From the IMG/VR virus record IMGVR_UViG_3300042914_004291, positions 64,001-128,000 of that record: 64,000 nt of DNA. One strand, 5' to 3'. Shown piece by piece: positions 56,298-64,000 of this stretch; within the stretch, counting starts at the first letter, position 1, and each line of letters starts with the position of its first letter. The notes beneath the pieces were generated by a model that was not told the DNA's origin, did not search any database, and saw only the letters and a program-made list of their open reading frames with translations. The stretch comes from a virus. Made by a program: the position numbers and the translations under genes.

Positions 56298-59200
56298 TAT
56301 CAGGCCACCAACTAAGTTTGTCAATCTTCACGGGCACAGCGTCGTCGGGTCGCCCGGTGATGCGATCGATTTCCCAGACAAACATGTTGAGTTTGCAGTA
56401 AAGAATGGCTCTGATGCCATCGCTCTAACAGACCATGGTTCAATGGCTGGGATATCCTTCTTCAAGCTAGCTGTTGACAAGATCAACGGCAAATCATCCG
56501 AGAAACCTAGATTCAAGGGTATTCCCGGTGTCGAAGCATATTTCATCGACAGTTTGCCACGCTGGAGACAGCTTCTTGCCGAAGACAAAGCCACCAAGGA
56601 AGAAGCGGCCAGAGCCAAGCTGAAACCAACTCAAGAAATCAGTGGTGGTGAGGATTGGTCTGGCGATGATGATGCAACCAAGGCTGCGCAGGAGTCGCTT
56701 GATTCTGTTCGACCAACAGTTGTGGCCGATGATAGCGATGAAGACAAGACAGTAATTGAGAGTGAAGAGGAATCCAAGTCAAACAAATGGCTGAATCCTC
56801 TCATGCAAAGAAATCACATTGTCCTCTTGCCAAAGAACAGCGCCGGTCTGAAAACAATATTCAGGATCGTCTCTGAGAGTTATAGAGACGGTTTCTATCG
56901 ATATCCCAGGCTGGACATGGACATGCTCCGGAAATACTCTAATGGGAATATAGTGGCCCTCTCTGCGTGTGTTGCTGGCCGTCTCGCAAAGACTGTCTAC
57001 GACAACATGCCAGATCCAACAAACAAAGACTCGTGGAAACCAGAAGAGTTCTTGACAGCAAACCATGACCAAGTTCAGAACGAACTTGCAAAGGTCATTG
57101 GAGAGTTTCAAGACGCTCTAGGGCCAGAGAACTATTATCTTGAGCTTCAATTCAACTCTCTACCGCATCAAACAATAGTGAACAAACACCTGATTGAAGC
57201 CTCGGCCAGAACTGGTGCTAGACTTGTTGCAACGTGTGACAGTCACTATGCTTGTCCGGAACACTGGAGAGAGCGTGAAATCTACAAAGCCATGGCTTGG
57301 TCATCAAAGACCAAAGGCGAAGTAGACATGAAATCAATCCCTGAAACTTTGGACCAACAGCATTATCAGCTGTATCCAAAGAATGCTGGCCAGATGTGGG
57401 ACAGCTTCGAAACTTATTGCCGCAAGAACTATCCGGATCTCTACACCAACTTAGACATAGAGAAGATCAGAGACGCCATTGAACTAACTCATGAGATCGC
57501 ACATGATCAGATTGGTGAGATCAGTTTCGACACCAGCATCAAATACCCAAGAGTCAACAAACTGGTCGATGCTCCCAGACTCCTAGCCATTGAAGAGAAG
57601 TTTGGCCGAGAGCTCTCAGAAAATGACGTTGTGATGAAAGAACTTGCCCATCGCGTTGTGCAAGGACTTAAGTTCAGAAAGAAAGCCAACGATCAGAAAT
57701 ATGTTGATCGCTGCAAAGAAGAATTGAATGTCATCAAACACCTCAGCCTTCAGAAATATTTCTTAACATATGCCAAGATCTTGGAAGTAGTGACAAAACA
57801 CATGACCACTGGCCCGGGACGCGGCTCGGCCGCTGGTTCGTTGGTCCTGTATGTTCTTAACATCACGCAGGTTGACCCAATCAAATATGGGCTGTTGTTC
57901 GAGCGTTTCCTAACAAGGTTCAAACGTGGCGCAGCGGATATCGATCTGGACTATTCTGACAGAGAGAAAGCACTGGAATTGATCAGTGATCACTTTGGTC
58001 ATGAAGCCGTGTTGCCAGTGACAAACTTCAACCAACTCAAGCTGAAAAGCTTGATCAAAGATCTAGCCAGGATGTATGCTCTTCCATATGATGAGATCAA
58101 TCAAAAGACATATGCAATCGACAGAGAGGCTAGGGCAGAAGCGCGTAAAGATGAGAATTTCGATGCAGGCGTCTGGGAGCTCACATATGATGAAGCAGTC
58201 AAGAGCTCTCCAACCTTCAGAGAATTAATTGAACAGTATCCTCAGTTGGATTCCAGCCTCAAGGTGCTATATCGACAAGTCAGAGGTCTGAGCACACACG
58301 CTAGCGGTGTTGGGATTTATACTGGAGATCCTGAAGAACTGCCGATCATCAAATTTGGTAAGCTGTTTCAGACACCATGGCCAGAGGGTCAAAACTATCG
58401 CCACCTAGAAGCATTTGGTGTGTTGAAGTATGACGTGCTCGGTCTAGGTACTCTGAGAATGCATGAGAAGTGCATTGAGAAGATTTTGCAAAAACAGTAC
58501 GGCCGACAACGTATCAGCTTTGCTGAGATCAGCTCTTGGTATTACAAGAACATTCACCCAGACAACAACAACCTGGATGATCAAGAAGTCTATAAGAACA
58601 TTTTCTGGGACTCTAAGGAGGTTGGTGTGTTCCAGTGGGTTGCTGACAATGTCAAAGCATTCACTGCCTCTCTTAAGCCAAACAAGATAGAAGACCTGTC
58701 TGCTATCACGGCAACATTTCGTCCTGGCCCTATGAAAGCTGGAGTTGATAAACTTCTGTTGAACAACAGGAGGAATGTCAATGATGCAATTGAGAGTTTG
58801 CCGCATCCAAGCTTGGCGCCAATTCTCGCGGACACGGACTACGTTCTGATCTATCAAGAGCAAGTACAGAAGATCTTCCACGTACTAGCAGGGATTCCAC
58901 TAGATCAGACCGATGACGTTCGCAAAGCATTCACCAAGAGGGATCTGTCCAACCTTGAAAAGACAAAGAAAGACCGCTTGAAACTCAAGGAGGAGTTTGT
59001 GAAGAATTGCGGCGAACACTCCAAGCTCTCCCCAGCTGATGCTGCAAAGATCTTCGACTATATGGAGAAGTATGTTGCGTACAGCTTCAACTTGTCACAC
59101 AGTATCTCATATGCAATCGTAGCATATCAGTGTGCATGGCTGCAACATTATTTCCCAAATGAGTGGATCACTACGTACATCGACTACTGCGCCACAGACA

Positions 59201-60162
59201 AAGGAAGAGTGACCGGTAAGGAAGACCCCAAGGCAATCGCAATCAAGGAAGCAAAGATGCTTGGTTATGTTCTAGGTAAACCAGATATCAATCACTCGGA
59301 TGATACCTTTGTCGTTAACACCATCCTCGAAGGAACCAAGTTCAAGAATGTCCTGGTGCCAAGCTTTGCATCTCTGAAGTTTGTTGGTAAGACAGTTCTT
59401 CAAGAAATCAAACGCTATAGACCATACAAGAAAGTCGAGGATCTGATCCTGCATCCTGGTTCAACAAACAACTGGAGGCACACCAAGTTTAGCAAGAGAG
59501 CCCTGGCAACGTTGATCCAGCTTGAATCTCTAGACTCTATGGGTATTGTTGGACCCGACAAACAGTTCAAGAACTACAAACAACTGTATACTGTTTTGAT
59601 TGACAGTTATGACAAACTGAAAGCAATCGGGAAACGCAAGAAGAACAATGATGTTGTCGCAGCAATGCAAGAACTGATTGCTTCAGTGCAAGACGTGCAA
59701 GATTGGTCGCTCACAGAGAAACTTGAGTTCTCAAAAGAGCTAGCCGGATCGGTTGATATGAGTTTGATCTTGCCGCAAGACAAGAAAGACTTCCTTCAGA
59801 AGAGCGGGTTTGTTGACATCGACACTCTGTTCCCAGTAATGGCTGATGAAGGTGAAGAAGAAGTGCAAGAAGGCAAGAAAGAAACATCAGCACGATGCTA
59901 CGGAGTTGTCACCGGGACTAGTCTGGCTTACACAAAGAAAGGCAACAAGCCATACCTGCGAGTTAAACTGCTGGGAGATCAAGGCAAAGAACGCACGTGC
60001 TTTGTTTGGAACTGGAAACCAACCAAGACAACACGCCTCAAAGAAAATGATGTGGTGATAGGTCTGATAAAGAAAACAGACTTCGGACTATCCGCCTTTG
60101 AAAGCCAGATCAGAATTGTCGTCGATCAGAACTCTGAGCCGTTGCCAATTGCGAACGACTAG
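56284..60162 (+). CDS. dnaE: DNA polymerase III alpha subunit
   Basis: PHP motifs LHGHS, ALTDHG, GVEAY and DSHY; GRGSAAGS, LLFERFL, DIDLD, KYDVLGL, IYQEQ and YSFN-x-SH; C-terminal OB fold. Confidence 0.96.
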   Translation: MTKNNIRPPTKFVNLHGHSVVGSPGDAIDFPDKHVEFAVKNGSDAIALTDHGSMAGISFFKLAVDKINGKSSEKPRFKGIPGVEAYFIDSLPRWRQLLAEDKATKEEAARAKLKPTQEISGGEDWSGDDDATKAAQESLDSVRPTVVADDSDEDKTVIESEEESKSNKWLNPLMQRNHIVLLPKNSAGLKTIFRIVSESYRDGFYRYPRLDMDMLRKYSNGNIVALSACVAGRLAKTVYDNMPDPTNKDSWKPEEFLTANHDQVQNELAKVIGEFQDALGPENYYLELQFNSLPHQTIVNKHLIEASARTGARLVATCDSHYACPEHWREREIYKAMAWSSKTKGEVDMKSIPETLDQQHYQLYPKNAGQMWDSFETYCRKNYPDLYTNLDIEKIRDAIELTHEIAHDQIGEISFDTSIKYPRVNKLVDAPRLLAIEEKFGRELSENDVVMKELAHRVVQGLKFRKKANDQKYVDRCKEELNVIKHLSLQKYFLTYAKILEVVTKHMTTGPGRGSAAGSLVLYVLNITQVDPIKYGLLFERFLTRFKRGAADIDLDYSDREKALELISDHFGHEAVLPVTNFNQLKLKSLIKDLARMYALPYDEINQKTYAIDREARAEARKDENFDAGVWELTYDEAVKSSPTFRELIEQYPQLDSSLKVLYRQVRGLSTHASGVGIYTGDPEELPIIKFGKLFQTPWPEGQNYRHLEAFGVLKYDVLGLGTLRMHEKCIEKILQKQYGRQRISFAEISSWYYKNIHPDNNNLDDQEVYKNIFWDSKEVGVFQWVADNVKAFTASLKPNKIEDLSAITATFRPGPMKAGVDKLLLNNRRNVNDAIESLPHPSLAPILADTDYVLIYQEQVQKIFHVLAGIPLDQTDDVRKAFTKRDLSNLEKTKKDRLKLKEEFVKNCGEHSKLSPADAAKIFDYMEKYVAYSFNLSHSISYAIVAYQCAWLQHYFPNEWITTYIDYCATDKGRVTGKEDPKAIAIKEAKMLGYVLGKPDINHSDDTFVVNTILEGTKFKNVLVPSFASLKFVGKTVLQEIKRYRPYKKVEDLILHPGSTNNWRHTKFSKRALATLIQLESLDSMGIVGPDKQFKNYKQLYTVLIDSYDKLKAIGKRKKNNDVVAAMQELIASVQDVQDWSLTEKLEFSKELAGSVDMSLILPQDKKDFLQKSGFVDIDTLFPVMADEGEEEVQEGKKETSARCYGVVTGTSLAYTKKGNKPYLRVKLLGDQGKERTCFVWNWKPTKTTRLKENDVVIGLIKKTDFGLSAFESQIRIVVDQNSEPLPIAND

Positions 60163-60872
60163 TAGTATTCATCCAACACATCTTCAGTCCCACCAAAGTC
60201 CAACAGTACAAGTCTACCGTCAGCGCTCTTGCCCCACTGAACTGCTCTTCGTAGATCAAACAAACCTAGATTCAGTTCATTTGCGCAAGAAACGACGCTG
60301 TTGATGAACTCACCGACAACTGGATTGGAGATAGCTTGGATTGCCTCTAGCTGTTCTTGCATGTACTCATCATCGCGCCCATGGGCTTCAGCTATGATCT
60401 GAAGCAAACCACCCATTTTCTGCACAACACCACCCAGACCAACAATCTGATGATCACCAAATGCCAACTGGCGCATCTCTTCAAAGCCAGAAACCGGCCT
60501 CACTAGTTCTGTTAGAATACAGTTGTAGTTGTTGGATGATATAGCGACAGTTCGCGGCAAAAGTTTCTTGGCATCATCACTAGCTTTGGCATAGTTTTCA
60601 ACCTCTGCCTCATTCTGCGCAACACCAGCTTCAACCATTCCAAGGTTAGACACCACTGTTTTGAAACTTATCCCGCCAGCCAGCTTGATGACCCACTTAG
60701 GCGAAATGCCATAAGCAATTCTTGAAGTGCCTGCGCCAATGAACATTGCATGGTTGTTCAAGTAGTGCCTTTGCAGTTTGATGTCTGTTATTTGTTTGAA
60801 CTCTGCCATGTTGAATGGGTATTGGCCCATCTGGCGCTTTGATTCTGTGTATAGAATGTCGTTTAGTTTCAT
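60159..60872 (-). CDS. protein kinase-like fold protein
   Basis: IGAGTSRIAY Gly-loop, VIKLA, QNEAE, DL-x4-QWG and LLDFG; ATG 60872 forms an ATGA overlap with the upstream stop. Confidence 0.75.
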   Translation of the reverse strand: MKLNDILYTESKRQMGQYPFNMAEFKQITDIKLQRHYLNNHAMFIGAGTSRIAYGISPKWVIKLAGGISFKTVVSNLGMVEAGVAQNEAEVENYAKASDDAKKLLPRTVAISSNNYNCILTELVRPVSGFEEMRQLAFGDHQIVGLGGVVQKMGGLLQIIAEAHGRDDEYMQEQLEAIQAISNPVVGEFINSVVSCANELNLGLFDLRRAVQWGKSADGRLVLLDFGGTEDVLDEYY

Positions 60873-61507
60873 ATGCCAAGTGGTTCCGTTCTGTCTCTGA
60901 AATATGTCCATGCCAGCTCTTCTAGTGTATCAAGCGTCTGACGCTTGGTATATTGATCATCAATACCAGCAAAGAACTTCGAGTCTTTAGCATACAAAGA
61001 ACTATAGACAGTCAGTTTTTTTCTGAGACGATAAGCAAAGTCTAGCCACGGTGTTTCTTTCTCTGGTCTAGACCAGCGTTTTTCTTGCGGCAATTCCACT
61101 GTGTCGTACTCGACCATTCTGTGTTCATACATGTATTTCCAAACGTTCCTCGCCTGATCGCTCACAGTAGATCTATCGGCCATGAGATATGAGGGTGATA
61201 TCAGAGACATTGCAATATCGTACATCACAGGGCCATATCCTTTTTCCGCGGCAGACCCTTTCACCTCCCAAACTTTGGTATCAAAATCGGACGGCCGAAC
61301 TCTAATGAACCCAACAATCAAACCTTCTGTAGTCTCCCAGTCATCCATGTACTGAGCCAATACTTCTGGCCTATAGAGAACAACAACTTTGCTTCTGTCG
61401 TTCTGCTCATCCTTGAAGTTATGCATTGCAACCGGAGATTTAGTCAGATCTGTAAATGATACTGCATCCTCTTCAAGATCTAAGATTTCTTGCAGTGTAG
61501 GCAACAT
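60869..61507 (-). CDS. GNAT-like protein, probably virion-packaged
   Basis: IVGFI, AEKGYGPVMYD and VS-x-x-A-x-x-VW motifs; TATTTA at 61516-61521. Confidence 0.6.
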   Translation of the reverse strand: MLPTLQEILDLEEDAVSFTDLTKSPVAMHNFKDEQNDRSKVVVLYRPEVLAQYMDDWETTEGLIVGFIRVRPSDFDTKVWEVKGSAAEKGYGPVMYDIAMSLISPSYLMADRSTVSDQARNVWKYMYEHRMVEYDTVELPQEKRWSRPEKETPWLDFAYRLRKKLTVYSSLYAKDSKFFAGIDDQYTKRQTLDTLEELAWTYFRDRTEPLGI

Positions 61508-61534
61508 GTCAGATGTAAATACTATATGCGTTGT

Positions 61535-62221
61535 TTATTGAAGTGATTTGGCGAGGCTGGAGATCTGTCCAACCATCTTCATGGCTTTGGCATTGTTTTC
61601 TGGATTTGGGCTTTTGACGAGGTCTTCGAACTGGGAAGCAAGTGTTTGAATGTGCTTCGCCATCACAGGGTTTTTTCTTGCTGCTATTTGTGTTGCTAGC
61701 GCAACAAGCTGTCTGGCCTTCTGCAAATTCTCTGGGGCGCCAGTGGCCGCTGGAGCTGTTGGCTTAGGTGCCGCGGCAGGTTTGCTAGGATTTTGTTGCT
61801 GGCCACCAGTGATGCTCTTGTGCCACTCGGCCTCATCATCCTCACGCCATCTCTCATCCAATTCCATGGCCTCTGCAACGGCCTCAGTAACCATCTGGCG
61901 AATCTTTGTTTCAATCGACTTGCTGAAACGGTAGCCACTGTCTTCATAAACTTGATTCCAGAATCTGCTCTTCATCAGGTCATGAATCATGTCAAGGTTT
62001 TCTTGTGATGGTTCCACGCCAACAAGAGCTGCAATTTCTTCTGGGGATTTATTCAGGCCAGAGAATTTTCTCCGCAACTCCTTTGCAGCTTCGAACTTGT
62101 GCAAGAATTTTTGTTCCGGGCTTTGGTTGTCGTGTCTTGGCGTGGTGGTATCCAGGACGTCATCATCACTGATCGCATCCACATCAATACTTCTGTCAAT
62201 TCGTTTCTTTGGGGGTTTCAT
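61535..62221 (-). CDS. probable internal head protein
   Basis: IRQMVTEAVAE and LDE motifs; TACTTA at 62241-62246. Confidence 0.6.
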   Translation of the reverse strand: MKPPKKRIDRSIDVDAISDDDVLDTTTPRHDNQSPEQKFLHKFEAAKELRRKFSGLNKSPEEIAALVGVEPSQENLDMIHDLMKSRFWNQVYEDSGYRFSKSIETKIRQMVTEAVAEAMELDERWREDDEAEWHKSITGGQQQNPSKPAAAPKPTAPAATGAPENLQKARQLVALATQIAARKNPVMAKHIQTLASQFEDLVKSPNPENNAKAMKMVGQISSLAKSLQ

Positions 62222-62285
62222 ATTGAATTCTATTTGCTGTTAAGTATTCGTTTGTGGCGCGAATGCATTCAGATGATAAGGAACA

Positions 62286-63569
62286 TCATTTCTTGCTAGC
62301 AGGCTCTTCTATCCCAGCAGAGTTCATCCACTGTCTGATTCTGGGAAGATCAGAGGTGTACATGCCACCGTTTCCACTCAGCGTCATGAGCTTCATTGCC
62401 TTGGCGTCATCACTTTCCATCTCACTCCCAACAAGATACCCAGCATACTTCTGGTTCTGAATATCGCTCAACGGCAACACTGAATAACCGTTCGTGTACA
62501 CAGTCACATCTTTTCCGCTTGGCAATCTGACAGTCATCTTATATGTGCTGTAGTGACCAGATGTTCCCACCTTGTCTAGAGTCAGCAAGTTGTCACCAAG
62601 TCTATACCTCAGTGTCAACTCGTGGTTCAAGGTACCAGAGCCGTATAGGTCTAACCAGCCGTCAAGTTCTTTCACAGCATCTAGAACGTATTTGTTATAT
62701 TCAGGTTTCAACTCTGTGCTGCCTTTGCCTTGAACGCCTGAGATTCTGTTGCCGTCTTCTGGACTGAGAGTGAAGATGGCATGGGCTATCTTCTTCTTGT
62801 CATACAGAACATACATTGTAGAGTTTGGATCTAGAGACATCAACCCAGTCGAGCCACAATTGGACATGTCATCACCAACCAGACGACACTTAGATCCCGC
62901 ATTAACCCAGACCGTTCCATCCGGATAGCGTTTCAACATGTGACCCACGCCAGCGACAGTTCCAGTGCTGTGAAACAAGAGTTTGTCTTCATAGGCTCTG
63001 TTGGCTTGACTGAAAGTTTTCCTAGCATACGGCTTGAGATCTTGCAGCTTACCACTCAAGATATCCTTGATGATGTTCATCCCACAGAACGTTGTGCCAA
63101 GAAAACTCTTCTCGATTCCCTTCTTCATCCCTGGAATCAATCGGTCATAGTCAATAGGTTCGTTGGGATCAACATACAGACCCAAGTCTTCTCTGACTTT
63201 GTTGTAGTGCTCATCGTTCCTTGTCAGTAGAGCTTCGTATAGAGTCACATACAGAGACAAGTCATCCATCTTGCTGAGATTGCGTTCTTTGTGAAACCAA
63301 TCTTTGCTAGCAATAGACTCTTTCCCAAGAAGAGAATTCTCTTTGAACCATCTTGCAACAGTAGCTGCATTGCTCCCAAACAGCTCATTGAACATCTGAC
63401 CAACAGCAGGAGGGTATCCAAGATTGATGTAAGATTGTTTGGAGGCTTCGTTGATGGCTAGCACTGATGAGAGACTGGGAGGTGTTGAGGTTTTGCGGCG
63501 AAAACCTAAAAAATAGCCAAGCGACGAACTAGGATACTTCTTTTCTGTTGGCGTTGTGCTGTGTGCCAT
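62286..63569 (-). CDS. hypothetical probable virion protein with a PcfJ-like segment
   Basis: Leader ending AINE; MSNCG...HA-x-F...QGKG pattern; TTATTA at 63587-63592. Confidence 0.55.
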   Translation of the reverse strand: MAHSTTPTEKKYPSSSLGYFLGFRRKTSTPPSLSSVLAINEASKQSYINLGYPPAVGQMFNELFGSNAATVARWFKENSLLGKESIASKDWFHKERNLSKMDDLSLYVTLYEALLTRNDEHYNKVREDLGLYVDPNEPIDYDRLIPGMKKGIEKSFLGTTFCGMNIIKDILSGKLQDLKPYARKTFSQANRAYEDKLLFHSTGTVAGVGHMLKRYPDGTVWVNAGSKCRLVGDDMSNCGSTGLMSLDPNSTMYVLYDKKKIAHAIFTLSPEDGNRISGVQGKGSTELKPEYNKYVLDAVKELDGWLDLYGSGTLNHELTLRYRLGDNLLTLDKVGTSGHYSTYKMTVRLPSGKDVTVYTNGYSVLPLSDIQNQKYAGYLVGSEMESDDAKAMKLMTLSGNGGMYTSDLPRIRQWMNSAGIEEPASKK

Positions 63570-63637
63570 CTAAATTTCTCTAGATCTAATAATAACTCAC
63601 AATCACTCAAGGCTATCTGTTGTTATTAGGCAAGAAC

Positions 63638-64000
63638 ATGGAATTCGGCGATGTCTTTACAATCATAGGTTCAAAGGGTGTCGTCAGCACAGTTGGCAAC
63701 AGCTATCTCAGCGTCACTATTCCATTCACAATCAGCAGCTCGCTTGCTCTGTCTGGAGGCTTGAGGATTGACGAGTCAATGATTTTCGTTGCAAGCCCCT
63801 CTGATCTACCAACTCCGGTTGCTGGTGTCATATCCCTCCTGGACAATTACACGTACATCATCACCAAAGACATAGACGTCTCAGGATCTAGATTTGTCCT
63901 AGGTCGCAACACAACACTACTAGGAGGCTCTAGTGAGATCTCAAGGCTGAAGAGCACCGGCTTGACAGGTGCTGCTCTCATAACATCTCAGTGGTCAGTT
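63638..64000 (+). CDS. partial beta-rich structural protein, tail fibre/spike-like (runs off the window edge)
   Basis: Manual translation MEFGDVFTIIGSKG...SDLPTPVAGVISL... is open to the edge; TTATTA at 63623-63628. Confidence 0.6.
   Translation, partial: MEFGDVFTIIGSKGVVSTVGNSYLSVTIPFTISSSLALSGGLRIDESMIFVASPSDLPTPVAGVISLLDNYTYIITKDIDVSGSRFVLGRNTTLLGGSSEISRLKSTGLTGAALITSQWSV

Noticed and set aside
47499-60162. Inteins or introns in the terminase or DnaE
   Set aside because: Motif order is continuous; no intein terminal motifs or LAGLIDADG blocks were seen.
1-64000. Stop-codon reassignment, as in some large phages
   Set aside because: Core genes are intact in the standard code, and TAA, TAG and TGA all end genes at sensible positions.

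Overview
The whole window is part of a large T4-like myovirus (jumbo-phage-type) genome in the standard genetic code; no CRISPR array, tRNA or rRNA was recognised. The minus strand carries a morphogenesis block in T4 order (portal, prohead protease, scaffold, major capsid, neck gp13/gp14-like, tail terminator-like, two tandem tail sheaths, tail tube), a lysis cassette (two spanin-like genes, holin, amidase) and a large terminase with a degenerate paralog. The plus strand carries GroEL, DNA primase, a fused Mre11-Rad50 (SbcCD), a sigma70-family factor and DNA Pol III alpha (DnaE). Accessory genes include a histone-deacetylase-family enzyme, two GNAT-like proteins, an AT-hook/Tudor-like protein, a kinase-like protein, an Fe/Mn SOD-like protein, a ligase-like/cytidyltransferase fusion and a GIY-YIG homing endonuclease. 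Two promoter classes are readable: TTGAC(A/T)-N17-18-TAnnnT and a -10-only TWNTTA motif before virion genes. The most notable signals are a possible acetylation writer/eraser/reader toolkit, a set of apparently capsid-packaged effector enzymes, in-frame nested genes behind internal late promoters, a relic copy of the capsid 3' end beside the homing endonuclease, and a [ST]-[GAS]-S motif enriched in surface proteins. All family calls come from motifs recognised by eye, not from database searches.
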